Assembly (NCBI GenBank): GCA_963731735.1
Contig: CAVSWO010000002.1
Coordinates: 334,106-398,105 of the forward strand
Source of the DNA: Candidatus Kerfeldbacteria bacterium
GTDB taxonomy: Bacteria; Patescibacteriota; Patescibacteriia; SBBC01; CAIJZX01
Direction: 5' to 3'
DNA length: 64,000 bases
Positions 1 through 10,844 of the stretch are shown here, one piece after another; the stretch's first letter is position 1; each line of letters starts with the position of its first letter. The position numbers and the translations under genes are program-made. The notes beneath the pieces are model-generated. The model did not search any database, was not told where the DNA came from, and was given only the letters and a program-made list of their open reading frames with translations.

Positions 1-234
1 ACAATTGACACCTGGCCTTGGATTCCAACTTTTGTCGAAATAGAAGGTTCATCAGAAAAATTGGTACACACGGTGGCGGGTAAATTAGATTTAAACTGGG
101 AAAGAGCTGTTCATGGAAGCGTCGAGACTGTCTACCAAAAACATTATGACTTTACTGAGGAAGAGATTGATGGGTGGTCTGAAATAACCTTTATCTCTCC
201 ACCAACCTGGTTACTTAATAAAAAAATATTATAA
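1..234 (+). CDS. CYTH-domain (class IV adenylate cyclase-like) protein, C-terminal part (5' end outside window)
   Basis: Frame 1 reads TIDTWPWIPTFVEIEGSSE...LLNKKIL* (TAA 232-234). The D-x-W-P...F-V-E-I-E pattern is typical of CYTH C-termini. AT-rich. Not in the ORF track. Confidence 0.7.
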   Translation, partial: TIDTWPWIPTFVEIEGSSEKLVHTVAGKLDLNWERAVHGSVETVYQKHYDFTEEEIDGWSEITFISPPTWLLNKKIL

Positions 235-253
235 AAAATTACTACCCTTTTTA

Positions 254-589
254 TTGGCCTTGTTACTTGTGGCGCCAATTACGGTTTACGCCCAAACCGC
301 CTCGACCTTTAGCATCGAGTCGGTCGGACAACAAATCGGGCTTGGCAGCGCGGACGCCAAAACCACCGCCATTAATATTATTCGCTGGGTCCTCGGAATA
401 CCGACTTTAGTGGCGGTCGTGATGATTATCTTCAGCGGATTTATTGCGGCCACTTCCGCCGACGCTGATCGAGCGGCCACCGCCAAGCGGGTGATTACCG
501 GCGCCGTGATTGGCTTAATTATTGTCTTGCTGGCCTGGGCGGTTGTGCTCTTTGTAGCCAACACCACCGCCAACGTTACCCAGCCCTAA
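254..589 (+). CDS. CPR pilin (TrbC/VirB2-like), paralog of 57639-58013 and 58059-58442
   Basis: VYA|QTASTFS signal cleavage site, two TM helices around a loop ending AKRVI, GAVIGLIIVLLAWAVV, C-terminal ANTTANVTQ. Start codon uncertain (TTG). Confidence 0.8.
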   Translation: MALLLVAPITVYAQTASTFSIESVGQQIGLGSADAKTTAINIIRWVLGIPTLVAVVMIIFSGFIAATSADADRAATAKRVITGAVIGLIIVLLAWAVVLFVANTTANVTQP

Positions 590-609
590 ACAGCCCGTTT
601 TTCGCCGCC

Positions 610-630
610 AAACCGTCCACAGTATGTGGA
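610..630. terminator. Hairpin after the pilin gene
   Basis: CCGTCCACA-GTA-TGTGGACGG 9-bp stem; no strong U-tract. Confidence 0.4.
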
Positions 631-642
631 CGGCTCAAGGGC

Positions 643-670
643 TTGACAATCAATCAAGATCCTTTATAGT
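643..670 (+). promoter_or_regulatory. Sigma70 promoter of the 16S rRNA transcript
   Basis: TTGACA (643-648), 16-bp spacer, TATAGT (665-670). BoxA-like GCTCTTT at 761-767. Confidence 0.75.
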
Positions 671-1061
671 ACACGGGCTAGGTACTAGGTCCTTAAGTCT
701 ATCTCGTCCTGCGAGGTAAGAAGGGAAACCACTATCGGCTATCTTTAAGCCAAAAAACGCGCTCTTTCAGATCATAAAAACAGTGAGGTTTTGCCGGGAA
801 CAAATTCGAGAATTTCCTGCCCAGACCTCTCTGTTTTTGTTTCGCGCTTGTGGCAGACCACACGTTACCGCAAGCCGGAATTCAGAGCCGCACCTTTCAA
901 CCCGATACGCCCCCGAGCGATAGCGAGGAATGGCGGACAAGATCAGTCGGGTCCGAAGTCGCGAGCGTCAAACTTGTTTTGCGCGCAGCGACGAGGATCG
1001 ACTCCCTTGGCGGGAAGAGAGGGGTCGGAAGAGAAACCGAAGCGGTTTCTCTCCGAGCCGA

Positions 1062-3052
<1,991 letters not shown>

Positions 3053-3082
3053 AAAACCGCCTTGCAGTCGCAGGGCGGGTTT
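3053..3082. terminator. Intrinsic (possibly bidirectional) terminator after the 16S trailer
   Basis: A-run, then CCGCCTTGC-AGTC-GCAGGGCGG, then GTTT. Confidence 0.7.
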
Positions 3083-3103
3083 GAGCTTGACTGACCAGGC
3101 GCC

Positions 3104-3448
3104 TTACGTCGGCGCCGCTTCCGTTTCGTAGTACACCCGTACATCGATACTCCCGGTGAGATCGAGTCCGGCGTCTGCGAGCCGCTGGCGAGCCTGGTTG
3201 TTCAGGTTTTCCAACAATCGGTCTTCGCCAGCTGACCAGCCGGCTGCTTCAAGCTGCTCGGCCTGAGCACGGTTGAGGTGGTGCCGAACTTCCGCTGATC
3301 CATTGCGTATCACGATGACGTCTTCATGGCCATTGGCCAGGACGTCAAAGGCGGCTTCCATGAATACATGGTTGAGCGCCTGCGTCAGCGAGGCCAGGCT
3401 GTCCGCCTGGATTTCACTCGGGTGAGTAAATTGCTTTTCGTTTTCCAT
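3104..3448 (-). CDS. Hypothetical protein (114 aa)
   Basis: ATG at 3448 with GAGGTGG RBS; upstream extended -10 TGcTATACT. No family recognised. Confidence 0.6.
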   Translation of the reverse strand: MENEKQFTHPSEIQADSLASLTQALNHVFMEAAFDVLANGHEDVIVIRNGSAEVRHHLNRAQAEQLEAAGWSAGEDRLLENLNNQARQRLADAGLDLTGSIDVRVYYETEAAPT

Positions 3449-3640
3449 AGCTACCACCTCCGGTCTGGAATGAGGAACGATTCGACCTTTCCTCAAGTAT
3501 AGCACCAACGCGGCGGCTGCCTAGCCGGGTTGGCAGTACCGGGGAGCGGGTGTATACTGTCTATAGATGTTGAATGTACGCCTAATTTCAACCAACGCCC
3601 GGGCTGACGGGCGGTTTTGTCATTAAATCGAATACGCTCT

Positions 3641-4279
3641 ATGCGCAAAACCTCATTAATTCTCGGAACAGCCGCGCTGTTGTTACTTGGCGCCGCTTGT
3701 ACCAAAACCGTCAACACGAATCAAACCACGAATGATGACCACGCGATGGAAGATTCGAATGGGAATACGAATCAGGCTATGGAAAACCAAAATAGTAATT
3801 CAGCGGTCAAGTCGGAGGACAATACCAACGTCATGCATGATGAAGAGATGATGAATGATACCACCAAGCGCAATGCCAACGAATCCGACGATGCTGCGGT
3901 GGTTACTTCGAACGGAAGTCTAACGGTTACCAAACCGGAAAAAGACGCGGATGTTGAATCGCCGTTTGCGGTGGAAGGAAAATCATCCGCCACCACGGTC
4001 TATGTTCGACTAAAGAGCGCGTCGGGCAAGGAGTTGTTTACCGTACCAGTGACGGTTCGCGATGGCGCGTACCATGTGAATCTCACCTACCAGGTAACCA
4101 ACACCACCAACGGCGTGGTTGAAGTTTTTGAGAAGGACGCGTCCGGTAACGAAACCTTGCTGACCAGCGTCACGATCACCCTCAAGACGGAAAGCAGCGA
4201 TACCACAAATTCTAACGACAACGAAAATAGCAATTCGAACGACAATACCAATAGTGACGATTCTGGGAGCGACAGCTAA
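3641..4279 (+). CDS. Lipoprotein with Gmad2-type Ig-like domain and N/D/S-rich linkers
   Basis: MRKTSLILGTAALLLLGAAC lipobox; LTVTKP...V.SPFAVEG beta-sandwich start typical of Gmad2. Confidence 0.7.
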   Translation: MRKTSLILGTAALLLLGAACTKTVNTNQTTNDDHAMEDSNGNTNQAMENQNSNSAVKSEDNTNVMHDEEMMNDTTKRNANESDDAAVVTSNGSLTVTKPEKDADVESPFAVEGKSSATTVYVRLKSASGKELFTVPVTVRDGAYHVNLTYQVTNTTNGVVEVFEKDASGNETLLTSVTITLKTESSDTTNSNDNENSNSNDNTNSDDSGSDS

Positions 4280-4347
4280 CCCTCGTTAAAGGAACCAGTA
4301 AAGCCTTGCTCATCACCCCCGCCGGATGCCGGCGGCCGGTGTTGGGC

Positions 4348-4376
4348 TTGCCTAATCATTCGCGGTCTGATATTCT
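4348..4376 (+). promoter_or_regulatory. Promoter of tRNA-Ile
   Basis: TTGCCT, 17-bp spacer, TATTCT with upstream TG. Confidence 0.6.
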
Positions 4377-4407
4377 ACGCACGCTCTGTAAACAACTTTC
4401 GGTTTGT

Positions 4408-4484
4408 GGGCGATTAGCTCAGGTGGTTAGAGCGCGTCACTGATAATGACGAGGTCCGAGGTTCGAATCCTCGATCGCCCACCA
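4408..4484 (+). tRNA. tRNA-Ile(GAU)
   Basis: Acceptor GGGCGAT/ATCGCCC, anticodon arm CGTCA-CTGATAA-TGACG, GGTTCGAATCC T-arm, encoded CCA. Confidence 0.97.
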
Positions 4485-4587
4485 ACGGGAAGTTGTTTGT
4501 TGTTTTTGCTCAGGTGGGTCACGCTCACCGGTTATGTAGTGATAATTGCGCGCCTGTCCCGTAGGCGAGTGCAGTGAGTCGTACGGG

Positions 4588-4640
4588 GTCACTGATAATG
4601 ACGAGGTCCGAGGTTCGAATCCTCGATCGCCCACCAACGG
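4588..4640 (+). repeat. 53-bp exact direct repeat of the tRNA-Ile 3' part (copy of 4436-4488)
   Basis: GTCACTGATAATGACGAGGTCCGAGGTTCGAATCCTCGATCGCCCACCAACGG occurs twice; the second copy has no 5' acceptor strand. Confidence 0.95.
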
Positions 4641-4989
4641 CTTTCTTGTTTTAGCTCAGGCGATTTGGTAGACAACGCAGGTCCACAACATGGTGTTTTT
4701 CTGAAAACACGCGCTTTATTATATTCATACGGGTGGTTATTTTTTTAGCCGCATTTGTTTTAATTTATGTTTGTGAAGAATTTTTTACGGTGAGAAAATA
4801 AAAATTGTTTCAAAATAAATTTTTAGGAGGTTTTCGCCGGTAATAATTTGTAAAAAATCATTGTTGCGTGTGGAAAAACGTGGTAAACTACATGCGCTGT
4901 TGCTGTGGATAACAATTTTCCTTCATAATTTGCTTGTCAATCAAACACGTCGTAAAACTACGACGTAACCAGAAAGGAGGTGTGTGTTC

Positions 4990-5097
4990 ATGGCGAAACG
5001 ACGAAAGGCTGCCAAAAAGGCGACCAAGAAACGAACCACCAAGCGGACGACGAAGAAGAAAACAACCAAGCGCAAAGCTTCGAAGAAGCGCCGCTAG
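4990..5097 (+). CDS. 35-aa Lys/Arg-rich histone-H1/protamine-like peptide
   Basis: MAKRRKAAKKATKKRTTKRTTKKKTTKRKASKKRR*, with strong RBS AAAGGAGG upstream and a terminator downstream. Below the ORF-track length cutoff. Confidence 0.8.
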   Translation: MAKRRKAAKKATKKRTTKRTTKKKTTKRKASKKRR

Positions 5098-5111
5098 GAT
5101 TTCGAGCTTCG

Positions 5112-5154
5112 AAAACAACTAACCTGTCTATGCGACGGGTTAGTTTGTTTTTTA
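5112..5154. terminator. Intrinsic terminator between convergent genes
   Basis: AACTAACCTGTC-TATGC-GACGGGTTAGTT followed by TGTTTTTT. Confidence 0.75.
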
Positions 5155-5165
5155 TGTTCGGTGCG

Positions 5166-6407
5166 TTACGAAATTCTTTCCCGTTGTCCCAGCCAGGGCA
5201 GCGTCAACAGAAATAAAAATTCCAGGGATAGGTCATTCTTAAAATATGGTGTGTCAACTAGTCCATGAACCAGCACGACCAGCAGCGCGGCGGTGCTGAG
5301 CAACGCGTACATACGATCCGTCTGAGTGGCCCAGCCCCCTCGCCAACGTCGCCAAGCCAGCCAGCAGCCGGTCAGCCAAACCACTAGTCCTAAAAGACCG
5401 GTTTCGAGCCAAAGTGCCAGGTACAGATTATGCGGTTGCGAGACCAACCACTCAAGCGGCGGGAAATAATGGTGCGGCAGTTCTTCACGATAGGCTGGTT
5501 CAAAGTTGTTGGGTCCGATGCCAGTTAGCGGATGCTGGCGGACCAGGGCCCAGGAGGTTGCCCAGATTTGTTCCCGAACTGATCCAGATGAACGGCTGTT
5601 GAGATTGAAGCGTTGGGACAATTTTCCGGTTACTCCCAAAAGGCCGAGAACCAGCATCGCCGCGCCGATTGCCATCCAGGCACTTCTTTTTTTCCAGACT
5701 TGATTCGGCCAATGCCACCACAACAGTGTGAGTCCGGCCGTCACCGCCAGGTAGCCACCGAGCGATTGGGTTAACAGGAGTCCTAAACCGATCAGGCCAG
5801 AAATAATCCACCAACGGTAACCGGCGAAAAGTTTCTGGGTTAACGCTCCGACGCTGAACACAAAAAGTGGTCCGAGGTAGAGCGCGGCATAATTTGCTAC
5901 CGGCGCGAACCATGAACTCAACCGCCCCTCTTGAAGGGTGCTTCGAAACCATATCAGTTGACCCAAGCCCACGATAGCCACGCCCGCACCGCTGACCAAT
6001 GCGGCTTGGACAATCCAGGCCCGGTCTCGGGCTGTCTGAATTACTATTCGCAGCAGGGCGGCAAAGAGTAGCGGATCAACCAACCAGGCTTTGACCGCGC
6101 CCAGGCTGGCCTGACGATCGGCGGCGAAGCCGGTGGCAATCCCCCAGGCCACAATCCAAAGACTAAGTAACAACCAGGCACTCCGTGAAAGCGGCGGCCA
6201 ATACCAAGTCTGGCGTTTGGCCAAAATCGCCAGCAGAATTCCCGCCGCCGCTCCATACACCGAAAGCTCCAGCGCCGTGGTTGGAATTCCGGCCAGCACC
6301 GTCCGAAGCAAATAACTTGGCCAAGCCAAGATCAACGCTCCCAGGCCCCAGCGAGGCCGCCAAAAGCTCAGTAGCGTGATAATCGCAACTAGCAAAACTA
6401 TGACCAT
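5166..6407 (-). CDS. O-antigen ligase (Wzy_C/WaaL-like) family membrane protein
   Basis: Multi-TM; R.QIW...P.TGIG..NF and PHNLYL...ETGLLG motifs. Start set at MVIV, overlapping the upstream stop. Confidence 0.85.
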   Translation of the reverse strand: MVIVLLVAIITLLSFWRPRWGLGALILAWPSYLLRTVLAGIPTTALELSVYGAAAGILLAILAKRQTWYWPPLSRSAWLLLSLWIVAWGIATGFAADRQASLGAVKAWLVDPLLFAALLRIVIQTARDRAWIVQAALVSGAGVAIVGLGQLIWFRSTLQEGRLSSWFAPVANYAALYLGPLFVFSVGALTQKLFAGYRWWIISGLIGLGLLLTQSLGGYLAVTAGLTLLWWHWPNQVWKKRSAWMAIGAAMLVLGLLGVTGKLSQRFNLNSRSSGSVREQIWATSWALVRQHPLTGIGPNNFEPAYREELPHHYFPPLEWLVSQPHNLYLALWLETGLLGLVVWLTGCWLAWRRWRGGWATQTDRMYALLSTAALLVVLVHGLVDTPYFKNDLSLEFLFLLTLPWLGQRERIS

Positions 6408-7777
6408 AGCGGCGTTCGTTGGGCTCGCACCATGATGACGGCGGCCAAAAGTATCCAAAGTACCTGCATGATATGCGGGTAAAGAAGGCTGTTGACGAAT
6501 TGGCTGTGCAGAAAGAGCCCCAGTAGACCAGCCAACATGCCTAGTCCAAACCCTCGCCAGATGGGATCAAGCTGCTGATCCTTCCAGGTCCGCCAACATT
6601 CACGCAGCATGGCGATAAACAGCCAGATATAGGTCAGGATACCAAAGATACCGGTCGTAACCCACACGGTGAGGAAACTTGAATCCGACCCGCTGGCCGA
6701 ATGCTCCTGAACCGTATCGACATAGCCTCGATCGACCTGGACAATTGGATAGAGATTATACCCAACGCCAATCCACCAGTGTTTTTGAATAACCTCCCAG
6801 GCGTTGTGCCAAGAAACAAGTCGAAGTTTGGCAGTTTCATCCACCGTTCGAATGCCAATCACCCGCTGATTCACGCGCGGCACGAAGGCGACAATGCTCA
6901 TGGCTGTAAGCAGGCCGATCAGGAATAGCCAGCGCGATTTGATGAGGGTCACAATCCCGGCGCCAACCGCTAAGGCAACGTAACCGCTGCGTGAGAAGGT
7001 GAAGACGATTGCCACCGACATAATGGTGATCGCTAGCCACCACCAACGGGCGCGAATAAACGATTGCGAGAGGGCGATAGCCAGGCAGATGGTTGTTAAG
7101 AAGGCCAGATAGCCGCCGAGAAAATTTGGATCGAACCAGGTGGAAAGCAGGCGCCCAACGTGCGGGTCCCACCCCGCTGGTACCATAAAGGAAAAATCCG
7201 GAAAAATCCGCAGCTGTATAAACCCAAGCAGCGAAATCACCACGCCGGTCCCAATGATAAACCATAGGTACCGACGCAGGCGCTTAATGGTACGTAAAAA
7301 ATCTACGCTCATCAAGAAAATGGCGGCGTATTCAACCCAGCGAACAAGGTAGAGGCTACCGGTCATCAGCTGATCAGCGGTGTACTGACTGGCATTCCAT
7401 AACAGTGACAGGACGAACAATGCAATCATTGCCCAGAGCGGTGCGGTCAGGCTCGAAGATGGTAGTTGCCACCGGCGTGAAGCCAGTCGGCGCACTCCCC
7501 AAGCAATAATCAGCGGCGGCAATAAAACGTCGTTGACAATAATGCCGTTTTCAGAACCGGGAATCGGCAGCCGAACCAATTGTCCGATAACGATCGTCAA
7601 GATGCTGATAATAAATCCCAGCTCCGGTTTGACTACCAGCCAGCCGCCGGCCAGCAGCGCCGCCACGGCCACTGCTCCCACCAGCGTCCATTGTCCAACC
7701 ACCAGGCCAAGCACCAGGGCCATGAGGATTGCCACCGCTGGCCAAAGACGTCGAAAGACTTCCGGTCTGGGGATCAT
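6398..7777 (-). CDS. O-antigen ligase family membrane protein
   Basis: RLLSTWFDPNFLGGYL, TFSRSG, R..SW...IGVGYN motifs. Confidence 0.85.
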   Translation of the reverse strand: MIPRPEVFRRLWPAVAILMALVLGLVVGQWTLVGAVAVAALLAGGWLVVKPELGFIISILTIVIGQLVRLPIPGSENGIIVNDVLLPPLIIAWGVRRLASRRWQLPSSSLTAPLWAMIALFVLSLLWNASQYTADQLMTGSLYLVRWVEYAAIFLMSVDFLRTIKRLRRYLWFIIGTGVVISLLGFIQLRIFPDFSFMVPAGWDPHVGRLLSTWFDPNFLGGYLAFLTTICLAIALSQSFIRARWWWLAITIMSVAIVFTFSRSGYVALAVGAGIVTLIKSRWLFLIGLLTAMSIVAFVPRVNQRVIGIRTVDETAKLRLVSWHNAWEVIQKHWWIGVGYNLYPIVQVDRGYVDTVQEHSASGSDSSFLTVWVTTGIFGILTYIWLFIAMLRECWRTWKDQQLDPIWRGFGLGMLAGLLGLFLHSQFVNSLLYPHIMQVLWILLAAVIMVRAQRTPLWS

Positions 7778-8727
7778 ATGGCAGTGGGTTTATGGGTCGG
7801 ATACGAAACCAGTTGTACCAGCAGTTGCAGATATTGTTTTGTATAGTGTCGGATACGGCGGCCGGCGCGACCGAAAATCCAGCTCGGTATCCAAAACGGA
7901 AGCAGTACCAGCAAGCTGAGGATGGCCGCTAACCAGAGAGTCAGGAGCAAGCGGACTGATCCAAAATTTTTCCAATGTTTAGTCGCAAAATACCACAGCC
8001 CCCATAAAAAATTCCGACTGACTTGCGCAAAACGTTTTTCGGTCGAACCGTAATGCGTCAGTGTAAAGGAGCCGAGATACCATCGATCTTTACCCAAGTC
8101 CGCAATTCGTCGCTGCCATTCAGTTTCTTCGAGATACATGGTAAAGGCCGGATCAAAACCCTTGGTTTGTCGATAAATTTCGCTCGGAACGAGCAGGCAG
8201 ACGCCGGTTAAGTGGGCCACTCGACCGACGGTATTATGCATGGCACTCGAGTGCAGATACGGGTGCCACGGGAGACGTAACAGGATTTGTTGGACCGGTA
8301 AGCAATAATCCACGAAGACCGTCCAGGGGGTTGGAAATGATCGGTGCGCGCTGCGTTGCAGCCGGCCGTCCGAGCCCATGATCTTAGGCCCGGCCACCCC
8401 GACGTTTGGCCGGGACTGGGCGGCTTCGACAAAGGCCCGGAGTTGTCCGGGTTGCCAATCGATATCCGGATTTAATAAGAGTAACCAATCTCCCCGGGCC
8501 TGCTCCATGCCGCGATTATTGCCCGGACCATACATCCTGTTTTGGTCCAGTCGGTCGAGACGGACGTTTGGAAATTTTTCGGCTACCATGGCGGCACTGT
8601 CATCCGTCGAATGGTTGTCGACCACAAGAATTTCATGCGGCCAAGCCACGAACTCATCCGGCAGTTTTTCCAGCACCCGTCGCAGGTGATCGCGTTCGTT
8701 ATAATTGACCAGAATAATGGAGAGCAT
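7774..8727 (-). CDS. Glycosyltransferase family 2 (GT2, WbbL-like)
   Basis: SIILVNYN, VVDNHSTD, LLNPD, GFDPAFTMYLEE motifs. Confidence 0.9.
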   Translation of the reverse strand: MLSIILVNYNERDHLRRVLEKLPDEFVAWPHEILVVDNHSTDDSAAMVAEKFPNVRLDRLDQNRMYGPGNNRGMEQARGDWLLLLNPDIDWQPGQLRAFVEAAQSRPNVGVAGPKIMGSDGRLQRSAHRSFPTPWTVFVDYCLPVQQILLRLPWHPYLHSSAMHNTVGRVAHLTGVCLLVPSEIYRQTKGFDPAFTMYLEETEWQRRIADLGKDRWYLGSFTLTHYGSTEKRFAQVSRNFLWGLWYFATKHWKNFGSVRLLLTLWLAAILSLLVLLPFWIPSWIFGRAGRRIRHYTKQYLQLLVQLVSYPTHKPTAI

Positions 8728-8730
8728 GGT

Positions 8731-10179
8731 TTAGGCGGTTGGAAGGGTTGGCGGCTGATTTGCGCGCTGACCGATAATTTCTCGAATGGTTTGGAACGAA
8801 ATGGCGCGGGTTACAATCAGTAAGCTCACGTACGTTACGGCGCTGAGCGTCAGGGACAGCCAAATAGTTTGTGCTCGCAGCACCCAGGCCACTAAGCCCA
8901 GGCCAATCGTTGATACTAGTGTGGCGGGCAAACTCCGCCACTGCAATCGAAAATGCATAACCCGTAATATTAATACGTAACCAACAATCGCGGTCAACGC
9001 CTCGGTAATAATGGTTCCGGTGGCGGCGCCGATATATGAAAAACGGGGGATTAAAATGAGATACAACGTAACACCAATCACGGCCACACTCAGATACGTC
9101 CAAACCATCTGTCGTTGTCGGTTAATAATCGTGACGGCATGGCCCGAGAGACTGTTCAGGAAGAGCGCTACCACCGCGATTAATAAGAGACGCAATATCG
9201 GGGCCGCGGGCGCGTAAGCTTGTTGTCCAATCGCCACTAAAATCGGCTCGGCTAATATCCAACCACCCACGACAATCGGGAGCGCCGCCATGACCAGTAA
9301 CTCGAAACCTTTTTGGAAAATACGTTGAAAGTCTTGGTTGTGTTGGTGCGCAAAGGCTGCTCCGAGGGCCGGCAGGAGTAACCCCACGAACATGATCGGA
9401 AAGGTGTTAAGAATTTCCAACACTTTGTAGGCGGCACCGTATAATCCGACATCGTAGCTCGAAGCAAAAATTGAAAGGAAAATCGTATCGATACGGAAGT
9501 AGATTAAATTCAGTACAATTGAAATCGCAACCGGCCAGGTATCGTGCAGAATTGTTTTCCAGTAGAAAAAATTAAAAAGCGGCCGGAAGCGCGTGTAGCC
9601 GCGGGCAGCAAACCACACTATCAACAGGTTTACCAAACTGCCGGCGACCACCGACAACATTACCTGTGCCAGGCTGCCGCCCAGGCTAACCACTGCAATA
9701 ATTCCGCCCAGCAACGCTACTCGGCCGATCAATTCGGCCAAGGCCACCCGACCCATGGCCAGACGAGTTTGAAAAATTCCGACCAGCAACTGCGTGGCCG
9801 CAATCGCTACAAATGACAAACTGCCGATCCAAATTGCCGAACGGACCGCGGCACTATACGGCATCAACAACGCCAGCAGCGCCCCCAGGCCCAGGATGAT
9901 GGCCGCCGACACCCAGCGCAATCCCAATAGATTCCCGACCACGAACCCCGTGTCCGCATTCGGTTTTGTCAGTTCGCGAATCAGCATTAAATACAGCCCC
10001 AGGTCGGCCAAAACCGAAAAAAATCCGAGGTACGCCATCGCCGTGGTATAGGCGCCAAACCCGCTGGGCTCAAGGTAGCGTTGCAGTAATCCAACGGTTA
10101 CCAGGCCAAACGCCGTCCCCGCAACTTTACCAAGAAATTGGATGATCGTATTGCGCCCGACCGCTTGTACAAAACTCAT
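8731..10179 (-). CDS. Wzx-type polysaccharide flippase
   Basis: About 14 TM; RYL...FG.Y, DLGL, RIDTIFL...VGLYGAAYK. Confidence 0.9.
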   Translation of the reverse strand: MSFVQAVGRNTIIQFLGKVAGTAFGLVTVGLLQRYLEPSGFGAYTTAMAYLGFFSVLADLGLYLMLIRELTKPNADTGFVVGNLLGLRWVSAAIILGLGALLALLMPYSAAVRSAIWIGSLSFVAIAATQLLVGIFQTRLAMGRVALAELIGRVALLGGIIAVVSLGGSLAQVMLSVVAGSLVNLLIVWFAARGYTRFRPLFNFFYWKTILHDTWPVAISIVLNLIYFRIDTIFLSIFASSYDVGLYGAAYKVLEILNTFPIMFVGLLLPALGAAFAHQHNQDFQRIFQKGFELLVMAALPIVVGGWILAEPILVAIGQQAYAPAAPILRLLLIAVVALFLNSLSGHAVTIINRQRQMVWTYLSVAVIGVTLYLILIPRFSYIGAATGTIITEALTAIVGYVLILRVMHFRLQWRSLPATLVSTIGLGLVAWVLRAQTIWLSLTLSAVTYVSLLIVTRAISFQTIREIIGQRANQPPTLPTA

Positions 10180-10216
10180 ACGTGCGTCAGGAAACTATCA
10201 CGCATATATGGGGTCG

Positions 10217-10843
10217 TCAACGTACTGCTTGGCCAGTTGGCGGGTGTTGATGGTGGGGAACCGGTTTTTGATCATCCAGCACGGTTTTTGGATTCAGACT
10301 GGTATCCGGTTCCTGACTGTGTACCGCGTCAACCTCCCGTAAAATCAATTCAGCGATCCGGTCCGGATGCGGCACATCTTCAAACACGAAGCGAGCTTTT
10401 TCACCCGCCGTTTGAATATAGACGTTGCCGTACTTTAAAAATGTTTTTAGGGCGCCACGCACCTCATACGTCACGTCCTGAATTCGATACAAGCGCTGCT
10501 CGGCCACCGTCCGGTTGAAAAGTCCGTACTGTTCAATATCAACCACCCGTTTGTTTGAAACAATAAAAATGTCGAGGGCATAATCAATCCAGTAGCCATA
10601 CAGGAGTAACAGCAGAAATAAACTATATAGACTCAGGCCCATGACCACCAGCACGTAACTCGCGGTCCCGCTTACGAAGGCAAATGCCGTAAACGTAAAC
10701 AGGAGCCAGGTAATGGCGACCGGCAGAATGGTCAGCAGAAAAATTTGCAAAATCCGTTTGAAAAATACAAACCAATGGCGATGGAGCACGACGAGGGCAT
10801 GTTCATCGGGCATCGGACTGGGAAGCACGGCGGGGCGATACAT
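10217..10843 (-). CDS. Membrane protein with bacterial PH domain (bPH_2)
   Basis: Two TM helices then IVSNKRVVDIEQ.GLF.R...IQDV...YGNVYIQTAG. Confidence 0.75.
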   Translation of the reverse strand: MYRPAVLPSPMPDEHALVVLHRHWFVFFKRILQIFLLTILPVAITWLLFTFTAFAFVSGTASYVLVVMGLSLYSLFLLLLLYGYWIDYALDIFIVSNKRVVDIEQYGLFNRTVAEQRLYRIQDVTYEVRGALKTFLKYGNVYIQTAGEKARFVFEDVPHPDRIAELILREVDAVHSQEPDTSLNPKTVLDDQKPVPHHQHPPTGQAVR

Positions 10844-10844
10844 G

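Noticed and set aside
4500-4640. Second functional or intron-containing tRNA-Ile
   Set aside because: The 5' acceptor strand GGGCGAT is missing, so no cloverleaf can form even after removing the insert.
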